A stretch of DNA of 16,803 nt from Candidatus Diapherotrites archaeon CG10_big_fil_rev_8_21_14_0_10_31_34 (GCA_002763225.1 PFAI01000010.1:1-16803), one strand, 5' to 3'. Positions 8,182 to 15,882 are shown, counted from the first letter of the stretch. Notes: generated by a model from the letters alone, not told the origin. A program made the numbers and translations.

Positions 8182-8948
8182 AAAAACGTGAAAAACTCTC
8201 TAAAAAAATGCGCAGCAGAGTAACCAGATTTTTTACCCCAAAATGGAAAAAAGAGATATATCCAACCGCACACAAAGAGATTAATTTAACTCAACAAGAA
8301 AGAGCTGCTTTGGCAAGGAACATAAGGAAAACAAGAACATTGGACAGAAAACATGCCAGATCAGGAATACTTGAAAACAAACCTGTTTTTTATTCTGTAA
8401 GCAGAAACCTTAATCAAGTAAGTTCCCTTCATCGATTAGATGTTGCAGGAGTGCTTAATTACTTAATAGAATTATACAAAAAGAAATCAGCTGATGTGCT
8501 GGATATTGGGTGTGGAGAAGGAAAAGCTTTGGCTGAACTAAAAAAGAGTGCAAAAGCAAAAATAAGAACTTATGGATTAGCCCTAACAAGGCTGGGGGAA
8601 CAGAGCAAAAATATTGATAAAATAATAATTGGCGCAGCTGAAACAAAAAAACTTCCTGAAAAAAGATTTCTATTGGTTTATTCGGCTGAATCAATTTTTT
8701 TTGATCAGCTTCCTCTACAATCCATTGAAAGAATAATTAACTCTCTTGAAACAGGAGGGGTTATTATAACACAAATGGCTCCAAGCAGAGCAATAGAAGA
8801 AAAGCTAAAAAATCTAGAAAAAGAAAATAAAATAGAGTATTCTATTACAAAAATAAGGCGGCCCAGCCAGCACATATTAGGCCCGCCTATAGAAATAAAT
8901 ACGTTAATAATAACGAGAAAAACAGAAAAGCCAATTAGTTTTTCGTAA
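8178..8948 (+). CDS. Class I SAM-dependent methyltransferase with a basic N-terminal extension
   Basis: Motif I VLDIGCGEG, FLLVYS and LETGG; GTGA overlap with the upstream stop. Confidence 0.8.
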   Translation: MKKREKLSKKMRSRVTRFFTPKWKKEIYPTAHKEINLTQQERAALARNIRKTRTLDRKHARSGILENKPVFYSVSRNLNQVSSLHRLDVAGVLNYLIELYKKKSADVLDIGCGEGKALAELKKSAKAKIRTYGLALTRLGEQSKNIDKIIIGAAETKKLPEKRFLLVYSAESIFFDQLPLQSIERIINSLETGGVIITQMAPSRAIEEKLKNLEKENKIEYSITKIRRPSQHILGPPIEINTLIITRKTEKPISFS

Positions 8949-8964
8949 AAAAAAGATCTTAATT

Positions 8965-9759
8965 CTACATAACTCGCTCTTGGTTTATCATTTCAAGCAT
9001 TTTTTCATGAATTAAGCCGTTTGAAGCAAAACAATCAATTGGTAAAGGTTTCAAAGAAGAGCCTGTTGGGTCAGAGACTTTTCCTCCTGCTTCTTCAACC
9101 ATTAATGCTCCTGCACACAAATCCCAGGGCTTTAAATGATATTCTAAATAAGAGTCAACTCTGCCACAAGCAACATAAGCTAAATCTAATGCAGCTGAAC
9201 CGCTTCTTCTGATGTCTTTTATTTTGTATAACATTCTTTCAATTGCATTAATAGTAAAACGCATTTTGTCTCCGCGGTTATAAGAAAAGCCAGTGTTTAA
9301 TAAAATACGAATTAAATCAGAGTTCTTTGAAACAAACACTTTTTTTCCATTCAAATAAGTTCCTTTGCCTTTAACTGAAGTGAATAATTCGTTTAACACT
9401 GGATCAAAAATTACGCCTAAAACAGTTTGTTCCTGTTGTTTTAATGCAATTGAAACACAGAAATGAGGGTAATCATGGGAAAAGTTTACTGTTCCATCCA
9501 ATGGGTCCACTACCCATAAGTAATCAGCTAAATCATATCCTTTAGGAGTTTCTTCTGCAAGAATTTCATGAGAAGGAAATTTTTTGAGAATGGTTTCTTT
9601 AATGATTTTTTCTGCTGCAAAATCCACTTTAGTTACAATATCTCTTTCTCCTTTGTATTTCACTTTATTTAAATCAGTGAATTTTCCTCTGTTAGAAGAA
9701 ATTATTTTTCCTGCTTTTTTTGCGGCAAGAATTCCTATGGATAAAAAATCTTTTTGCAT
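8965..9759 (-). CDS. suhB: Inositol monophosphatase family protein
   Basis: DIVTKVD..AE, ILAEE, WVVDPLDGTVNF, RRSGSAALDLAYVACGR and WDLCAG..VEEAGG. Confidence 0.93.
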   Translation of the reverse strand: MQKDFLSIGILAAKKAGKIISSNRGKFTDLNKVKYKGERDIVTKVDFAAEKIIKETILKKFPSHEILAEETPKGYDLADYLWVVDPLDGTVNFSHDYPHFCVSIALKQQEQTVLGVIFDPVLNELFTSVKGKGTYLNGKKVFVSKNSDLIRILLNTGFSYNRGDKMRFTINAIERMLYKIKDIRRSGSAALDLAYVACGRVDSYLEYHLKPWDLCAGALMVEEAGGKVSDPTGSSLKPLPIDCFASNGLIHEKMLEMINQERVM

Positions 9760-9821
9760 GAAAGAAAAAAAGAACGAAAGGAATTAAAACAAAACTAAAA
9801 TAAAAAAGAAGAAATAATCAA

Positions 9822-10391
9822 TTAAATTACTTCAATTAAAACTGAAGGAGAAGTTCTGGCATCATCAGCTGTTTCCATTATAACCATAATATGATTAAAA
9901 CCAGAAGGCAATTCAATTGAAAATTCCCATAAGTTTTCAGGGCTTGGCCCAACTGTTTGCAAATAAATCCAATCGACATCATCAACTGAATAATAAATTT
10001 TTACTGCATGAACTTCAGAAAAATCAGTAAGGCCATGGTTTTCCACAGCAACATAAACTGGATTGCTTACAATGTTTCCGTCTTCCGGATGAATAATAAT
10101 TGGCTGAATTGTCAAACAACCTGGTTCAGGACCTTGTTTAAACAAATAATTAACTAAAAAAGTTAAATCATCAACAAAAACATATCCATCTCCATTGACA
10201 TCAGCAACATATAATAAAAAAGGAGCAGGGCCCTGTTTAAACAAATAATTAACTAAAAAAGTTAAATCATCAACAAACACGTGTCCGTCTTGGGTAACAT
10301 CACCACAAACAAGCGAAGCATTAGTAAAAGAACCAAAAAATAAAAATAAAACTAAAACACTGAAAAATTTTTTATTCATTTCAAAAACCAA
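9822..10391 (-). CDS. Secreted dockerin type I-like domain protein with an Ig-like C-terminus
   Basis: Signal peptide (likely start ATG 10379, MNKKFFSVLVLFLFF) and two EF-hand-like repeats, GDVTQDGHVFVDDLTFLVNYLF and ADVNGDGYVFVDDLTFLVNYLF. Confidence 0.8.
   Translation of the reverse strand: MVFEMNKKFFSVLVLFLFFGSFTNASLVCGDVTQDGHVFVDDLTFLVNYLFKQGPAPFLLYVADVNGDGYVFVDDLTFLVNYLFKQGPEPGCLTIQPIIIHPEDGNIVSNPVYVAVENHGLTDFSEVHAVKIYYSVDDVDWIYLQTVGPSPENLWEFSIELPSGFNHIMVIMETADDARTSPSVLIEVI
10135..10277. repeat. 44-bp identical direct repeat within the dockerin gene
   Basis: TGTTTAAACAAATAATTAACTAAAAAAGTTAAATCATCAACAAA at 10135-10178 and 10234-10277 (99-bp offset). Confidence 0.9.
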
Positions 10392-10500
10392 TAAATTTAT
10401 ACATACTAAATGAAAATAAACAATTAAAAACTGTTTCTATTTGGAAAAGACAAAAAAGAACAGTCTAAAAAGACAAAAAAAACAGCCCCACAAGATTACA

Positions 10501-10528
10501 AGTTATGTAGCTAATCATATACATAACT
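10501..10528. repeat. Inverted repeat AGTTATGTA-N10-TACATAACT
   Basis: Perfect 9-bp arms at 10501-10509 and 10520-10528. Confidence 0.8.
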
Positions 10529-11077
10529 AGCTATTTATTGGCATTAATCCCCCCACACAACTAAAACACGCTTCTTTCAAACCCCTAAATATGGCTTTAA
10601 TTTACCCCCAAAAAACAACTAAATTGGCTTAAAATACAGTTGAAAACAGCTTGAAAAACAACCTAAAAAAATAGATTTTAGGAAGTTTCAGCAAATACAC
10701 AAAGAAACTAAGGGAATCTGATGCAATTAATACATGCCAATTGCCTCAAACTATCCCTGTCAATCTCTTGTTTTTTCTATCAGATTTTTCTGATTTTTTC
10801 CTTGATTTTTAGCTGTTTCAATTAAGGAAAATTTATAATTATTTTTATTTTTTTTAGCAATCCTGCAAAGTTTTCTGGATTTTTTTAAGCCAGTTCATAA
10901 AGTAATTTCAGGCCAGTTCAAGCCATTTTTTAAGCCACCTCTTATTTGACCTAAGTTGTATACATAACTCATAATCTGCCGGTCGGGCACATCTGCTCTG
11001 CCTATTTTTTCAAGCCACCCCCACACTTCCACTAAAACTCGGTTTTTGATGGTTTTTGAAAAATCTCCCTCTACAGA

Positions 11078-11105
11078 AACACGTATAATGTTGATTATAC
11101 GACAT
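11078..11105. other. dif-like (Xer/tyrosine recombinase) 28-bp core site
   Basis: AACACGTATAA-TGTTGA-TTATACGACAT: 11-6-11 layout, ATAA-N6-TTAT core and perfect 7-bp inner palindrome CGTATAA/TTATACG. Confidence 0.65.
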
Positions 11106-11442
11106 TACAGAGGGCTGAAAACAGGCTAAAACAAGCTAAAATATAATTTAGAACAGGCAAATCTGCTGTGCATACGCGGGGTATTGGCGGTTTGACGGAT
11201 TTTAAGCCAGTTTTTGGTTTTGCTGGCTGAAAAATAGAAATTAAAATAGAAATTAACTTTGAATAGTTAATATTGTTTTTGATTAATTAAAGGGATTAGC
11301 GGAGCGCAGATAATGATACAGAAGATCCTGAGTTATGTATAAGTTAGAGTTCTTTTGTTGCTAGAACTGATTTTTCAGGAGTTCTGGTTTGTCTGGCTAA
11401 AGGCTTATTAATCCAGAAAAACAACCTTTTGCTGTTGATGTT

Positions 11443-12765
11443 ATGAAACAAAAAGTTTTTTTGTTTGGATTTCTTTTTATCTTGCTGTTTTTTTCTGGCT
11501 GCACTGATTTTCTGAAGGAAATTGAATCCGGACCAGGCAAATTTGATTTTTTTAATTCAAATTTTTTTGGAAGCGACATTAATTTTTTTGATGAATTCAT
11601 TGAACAAGGTTTTTGCCCTGAAGGCCGGAGAAGTTTTGAAGGAAAATGCATTCCAATAATTGAATGCATTGACGGCACTCTTGAACCTGATTGTTCCGCA
11701 GAAAAACCTTTTCAATGCATTAATGAAGTGCTTGTTGAAAACAGTTTTTTGTGCGGCTGCCCTTTTAATTTTAAGCCTGATGCAAATAAATGCGTTGAAA
11801 TCCAGCGCTGTGTTGATAATACAGAATATGGAAGCTGCAGTTCAGTTAAGCCTGTTTTCTGTGAACAAGGAAACCTTGTAAACAAAGCCAGTTTTTGTGG
11901 CTGCCCTGAATTCAACAAAACACGCAAGGAAGCCTGTGAATTTGATTTTAGCATAACTTCAATTCAAAGAAAACTTGATTTTGTGTTAAGAGGAGAAAAA
12001 AAAGTTTTATTGTTTTCAATGCAGTCTGAGCTAAAAAAAAATCTTGCAGGAATTTCAAGAACATATTATTGTAATTCTGGCTGTCCGACAGACAAAAAAC
12101 TGATTTTAAGGTTTTTAGATGAAAAAAACCAGAAAAATGAGTTGCTGAAGCTGGTTGAATTGATTAAAATGCATTCAACTGAACCGGATGACAGGGCAAG
12201 AATTGCTGTCAGTTTAGTGCAAAGAATTCCTTATGACTGGACAAAATTCACTGAAGAAAGATCCCAGGAAAGATATCCTTTTGAGGTTGTCTTTGATTAT
12301 GCAGGAGTATGCGGGGAAAAATCCAAACTGCTTGTTTTTTTGCTGCGGGAATTAGGTTATAATACTGCAATATTTGATTTTAAAACAGAAAACCACCGGG
12401 CTGTTGGAATAAAATGCCCTTTAAAATACAGCTACAATAATTCAGGTTATTGTTTTATTGAATCAACTGCCCCCACAATAATAACTGATTCCAGTGGAGA
12501 CTATGTGAACACAGGAAAACTTCTGTCAGAGCCAAAAATAATTGAATTAAGTGAAGGAAATTCTTTTGACAGTGTTTCAGAAGAGTCCCTTGATTTAGCT
12601 GAACTAACAAAACTTAATGAACTGAAATCAATGAACCAAAAAGAATATGCGAGATGGAAGGAAATAACCAAAAAATACTTTTTAGTGGATTCAGAAGAAC
12701 TTTCAAGTGAAAGCCCTGAAAACATCAAAGCATTAATTGAATCAATTAAATCAAAACTAAACTGA
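11443..12765 (+). CDS. Lipoprotein with Cys-rich repeats and a transglutaminase-like (Cys protease fold) domain
   Basis: Lipobox-like LFFSGC; two CxDxTxxxxCSxxKPxxC...LV....CGCP repeats; SLVQRIPYD, RYPFEV..GVCGEKS..LRELGY, NHRAVGI and FIEST (Cys-His-Glu triad). Confidence 0.8.
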   Translation: MKQKVFLFGFLFILLFFSGCTDFLKEIESGPGKFDFFNSNFFGSDINFFDEFIEQGFCPEGRRSFEGKCIPIIECIDGTLEPDCSAEKPFQCINEVLVENSFLCGCPFNFKPDANKCVEIQRCVDNTEYGSCSSVKPVFCEQGNLVNKASFCGCPEFNKTRKEACEFDFSITSIQRKLDFVLRGEKKVLLFSMQSELKKNLAGISRTYYCNSGCPTDKKLILRFLDEKNQKNELLKLVELIKMHSTEPDDRARIAVSLVQRIPYDWTKFTEERSQERYPFEVVFDYAGVCGEKSKLLVFLLRELGYNTAIFDFKTENHRAVGIKCPLKYSYNNSGYCFIESTAPTIITDSSGDYVNTGKLLSEPKIIELSEGNSFDSVSEESLDLAELTKLNELKSMNQKEYARWKEITKKYFLVDSEELSSESPENIKALIESIKSKLN

Positions 12766-12881
12766 AATATTTTATTCCTTTTCTAAGCTGAATTATTTTG
12801 TTTCTTTTGGATTCTGTGCTTTTGTTCCCTTTGATTCTGCGGTTCAAACAATATTTATTTTTTTCCTGCAATAAAATATTA

Positions 12882-13247
12882 ATGCAGATAGGAAAAACAA
12901 AATCTTTCAGGAACAGAAATCAGTGGAGAAATTGGCTGGAAAAAAATCATTTAAAGAAAAAAGAAGTCTGGTTAGTTTTTTTTAAAGTCAGCTCAAAAAA
13001 AAGAAGCAAATTCATGCTTTTGGCTGAAGCAGTTGAAGAAGCATTATGTTTTGGCTGGATTGATTCAACCCTGAAAAAGCCTGATGAAGAAAGCTATGCA
13101 GTTCGATCCAGCAAAAGAAGAAAAAACAGCGTCTGGGCTGAATCAAACAAAAAAAGAGCGTTAAAGCTGATTAAAGAAAAAAAGATGACTGGATTTGGAA
13201 AAAAATTAATTCCTGAAAGCATACTGAAAAAAGCCAGTTATGTATAA
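12882..13247 (+). CDS. YdeI/OmpD-associated family protein (N-terminal domain only)
   Basis: FRNRNQWRNWLEKNH..EVWLVF, AVEEALCFGWIDS and W..SNKKR..LI...MT..G. The ATG at 12882 is preferred over the track's 12798. Confidence 0.85.
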   Translation: MQIGKTKSFRNRNQWRNWLEKNHLKKKEVWLVFFKVSSKKRSKFMLLAEAVEEALCFGWIDSTLKKPDEESYAVRSSKRRKNSVWAESNKKRALKLIKEKKMTGFGKKLIPESILKKASYV

Positions 13248-13259
13248 AACTAATTTTTT

Positions 13260-13709
13260 TTATCTTCTTGTGTATTTTCCCATTAATTGTGCTTTTGCAA
13301 TGGTTTTGCCTTGCAGTGCTTCTTCCAGTTCTTTTCTTGCTGTGCCATCTCTTAACAAAAGTTTTTCTTTTAATGCAAACACTTTGAAGTAATACCTGTG
13401 AGTTCCTGTTGGCGGGCACGGGCCGATGTAACCTGTTTTTCCTGCTGAATTTTTTCCTTGTGTTCCGGGAACAGAATTCTCTGGAATAGTTTTTTTACTG
13501 CCTTCTGTTTTGATGTTCCATACAATCCAGTGAATAAAAGTTTCGTTTGGCGCATCAGGGTCATCCATTATTAATGCAAGGAATTTTGCTTCTTTTGGAA
13601 TATCAGATATCATTAATTCTGGGTTAACTTCCTGCCCTTCACAGGAAAACTTTGCCGGCATAAAAGCATTTGCAATAAAACTGTTGCTTTCTATTTTCAT
13701 TTCAACCAC
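13260..13709 (-). CDS. YbhB/YbcL family Raf-kinase-inhibitor-like (PEBP) protein
   Basis: ALIMDDPDAP, FIHWIVWNI and YIGPCPPTGTHRYYFKVFAL; the real start is probably the ATG at 13700 behind SD GGGGTGG. Confidence 0.93.
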   Translation of the reverse strand: MVEMKIESNSFIANAFMPAKFSCEGQEVNPELMISDIPKEAKFLALIMDDPDAPNETFIHWIVWNIKTEGSKKTIPENSVPGTQGKNSAGKTGYIGPCPPTGTHRYYFKVFALKEKLLLRDGTARKELEEALQGKTIAKAQLMGKYTRR

Positions 13710-13803
13710 CCCTCATAAAAAAATAATTATTAAGCAAAAGAAATAAATTCTGTTCGTGAATTGCCTGCAGTTTAATCTTTAGCAGAATAACTGCAAAAAA
13801 GGC

Positions 13804-14280
13804 TTAGTTTAGAATCCATACAGCAAAGTTTAATGCTGCGACAAAACTGACCCATAAAATATATGGGATTAACAAATAAGAAGCTTTTTTGTCTATTGAA
13901 TAAAATTCTTTTATTGTTAAAGCAATAAAAACCCATAAAACAATTATTTCAATTAAGCCAGGCAAAGGGCTTCTTAAGCCAAAAAACAGAATTAACTATA
14001 AAGCATTCAAAACTAATTGGATCGAAAAAAACTGTAAAGCCAATTTGTTTTTGTTTTCCGTTAAACCTTTTTCTAAAGCCAGATATAATGAAATTCCCAT
14101 TAAAGTATACAACAAAATCCAGACTGGAGCAAACAGCTAGTTTGGAGGAGAAAAAAATGGCTTGTTTAGAAACAAATACCATTCAGGGATAGCAGAAAAA
14201 GTAAAAACTGAACCAATTATTCCTGCTGACTGGCAAACCAGAATTGAAAGAATTAATTTACTTATTTTATTTATTTCCAT
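13804..14280 (-). pseudogene. tspO: TspO/MBR (CrtK) tryptophan-rich sensory protein with two in-frame TAG codons
   Basis: Hand translation: MEINKISKLILSILVCQSAGIIGSVFTFSAIPEWYLFLNKPFFSPPN*LFAPVWILLYTLMGISLY...QLVLNAL*LILFFGLRSP...LLIPYILWVSFVAALNFAVWILN-TAA. 158 codons before the terminal TAA, no frameshift; TAGs at 14137-14139 and 13996-13998. Confidence 0.9.
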
Positions 14281-14333
14281 ACAAAAGACAATGAAAAACA
14301 AGAATAAAAGCTTTTAGCTTATTTTATTATTTA

Positions 14334-15254
14334 ATGAAAGAAGAGTATTCTGATATAGCAAAAAAACTTGATTCAAATCAAATCCAGAACAAGCCGATTT
14401 TAGATATTTCTGCAAAATTTTGGGATGAAGAAAGATATCTTGCTTCAAAAAAATTATACAAGCCAATGAGGTTGATGGATGATTTAGTTGACAACAGGAA
14501 AGCTTTAAGCGAAATAAGTGAAACAGAAAAAGAGCAATTCTCTGGAGTAATTAATGCTTGGGTTGAATCAATTAACCAGGGAAAGCCTCAGGATGAAATC
14601 CAAAAACAATTAATTGAAACAATAGAAGAATTCAGAATCCCTTTTTGGCCTTGGCAGGATTTCGCCAAAGCAATGGTTTATGACATAAAAAATAATGGAT
14701 TTAAATCTTTTCAGGATTTTCTGGATTACACTGAAGGCGCAGCAGTTGCGCCGGCAGCAATTGCATTGCATTTAGCTGGAGTAAAAAAGCATAATGGAAA
14801 TTTTATACCCCCAAGTTATAATATAAAGAAAGCCGCAAGGTCTATTGCAACTTTTTGTTATTTGGTCCATATTATCAGGGACTTTCAAAAAGACCAGTCA
14901 AGCAACTTAAATTATTTTGCTGAAGACTTAATTTTAGAAAATGGCTTAACTAAAAAAGCTTTAAAGCAAATGGCTAACGGAAAGAAAAAAAGCAAGCAAT
15001 TCAGGAATTTAATGAAAAAATATTATTCTTTTGCTGAAGACTACAAAAACAAGGCAGTCCATGCAATAAATGAAATAAGCAGTTCAATGGAGCCAAGATA
15101 TAAGTTAAGTTTAGAAATTGCATTTAATTTGTATTTACAGGTATTTGAAAAAATCAATATTTCTAAGGGAAACTTTACTTCGGAAGAATTAAATCCTTCT
15201 CCTCAGGAAATAAAAGAAATAATTAACAAGACAATCACAGAAACAAAAGAATGA
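14334..15254 (+). CDS. Squalene/phytoene synthase family protein (head-to-head isoprenoid synthase)
   Basis: First Asp-rich motif MRLMDDLVD, F..AM.YD, F.DF.DY.EGAAVA and second motif LVHIIRDFQKD. Confidence 0.85.
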   Translation: MKEEYSDIAKKLDSNQIQNKPILDISAKFWDEERYLASKKLYKPMRLMDDLVDNRKALSEISETEKEQFSGVINAWVESINQGKPQDEIQKQLIETIEEFRIPFWPWQDFAKAMVYDIKNNGFKSFQDFLDYTEGAAVAPAAIALHLAGVKKHNGNFIPPSYNIKKAARSIATFCYLVHIIRDFQKDQSSNLNYFAEDLILENGLTKKALKQMANGKKKSKQFRNLMKKYYSFAEDYKNKAVHAINEISSSMEPRYKLSLEIAFNLYLQVFEKINISKGNFTSEELNPSPQEIKEIINKTITETKE

Positions 15255-15334
15255 TTTTGCCCAGCAAATTCCTGAAAAACTTTTTTTCCGGAAAATCAAA
15301 AAAAAGTTTTCTTTTTTCTACTGAGATTCAATAA

Positions 15335-15760
15335 TTAAACCCCGCAAACTGTTTCAATTACTGTTCCGTCTGCAGCAACAGTTAAAACTTGTTCTCCGTT
15401 TTCTGTTTCAAAAAACACGTTCCAGAAAACTGAATTCAGTTTAACTGCTTTAGTTACTTCCAGCTGGCTTGTTCCTGTTATTTCATCCCTTTTTTCTTCA
15501 AAATAATCTTTTATTTCTTCTTCTGTTTGCAGTGAAGTAAATCCATCTAATACAATCATTTCCGGCCCCTGCCTGCACCAGCATTGATCAGCCATGCAGG
15601 CAAATAATTCACAGGCATTGTCTTGTTTATCTGCACAATTATCAGGAACCGGTGCAAAATCAATTCCTTTATACAAAATCTCATTTTTTGTGGCTGGTTC
15701 GCTTGTGCAACCAAAAAGAAAAACTAAAACAAACAAAAATGCCAATAATTTATTATTCAT
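15335..15760 (-). CDS. Cys-rich lipoprotein, hypothetical
   Basis: MNNK + hydrophobic stretch + LFGC lipobox; Cys cluster; PepSY-like C-terminal W.V...V.ADGTVI. Confidence 0.75.
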   Translation of the reverse strand: MNNKLLAFLFVLVFLFGCTSEPATKNEILYKGIDFAPVPDNCADKQDNACELFACMADQCWCRQGPEMIVLDGFTSLQTEEEIKDYFEEKRDEITGTSQLEVTKAVKLNSVFWNVFFETENGEQVLTVAADGTVIETVCGV

Positions 15761-15839
15761 ACTAAAATAAAGTTTTTGTTATTAATAAGTTTTGTTGTTT
15801 GTGTGGCGGTGTAGAAATCCTTTGATTTTTTAAGTGAGA

Positions 15840-15873
15840 AACTCCTACTAGTATAATAAAACTAGCAGGAGTT
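15840..15873 (+). promoter_or_regulatory. Hairpin sequestering the transposase SD
   Basis: AACTCCTACTAGT (15840-15852) and ACTAGCAGGAGTT (15861-15873) pair at 12 of 13 positions around an 8-nt loop; the 3' arm contains AGGAG. Confidence 0.6.
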
Positions 15874-15882
15874 GTGTTTCTC

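Larger units (their letters stand above)
10392..11442. other. ~1 kb non-coding region with repeated motifs (candidate replication/segregation locus)
   Basis: No ORF of 60 aa or more lies within it; four AGTTATGTA copies, several TTTT(C)AAGCCA copies, A-tracts and a C-rich to G-rich switch. Confidence 0.5.

Noticed and set aside
5230..9787. Short overlapping ORFs (5230..5538, 6569..6757, 6832..7035, 7297..7500, 7596..7802, 7622..7840, 7986..8273, 8455..8694, 9021..9212, 9584..9787)
   Set aside because: They overlap better-supported genes in other frames or strands and have no recognisable features.
10135..10277. Diversity-generating retroelement TR/VR pair
   Set aside because: The copies are identical and in frame within one domain; there are no adenine-specific mismatches and no reverse transcriptase.
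10501..11339. Integron attC sites (ACATAAC...GTTATGT)
   Set aside because: The correctly ordered pair (10961/11331) is about 370 bp apart, too long for attC. There is no extended hairpin, no cassette array and no integrase.
10392..11442. Canonical ORB-type oriC, tRNA or rRNA
   Set aside because: No full ORB with G-string, no adjacent cdc6/orc1, and no cloverleaf or rRNA-like GC-rich sequence seen. Kept only as a non-canonical candidate.
11397..13564. ORFs 11397..11678, 11660..11881, 11712..11954, 12501..12728, 13171..13419, 13370..13564, and the 12798 start
   Set aside because: These are shadow or alternative frames of real genes. The 12798-12881 extension is low-complexity and precedes the family-like start at 12882.
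13949..14182. 77-aa minus-strand ORF
   Set aside because: It is an off-frame overlap of the TAG-interrupted tspO, which explains the region.
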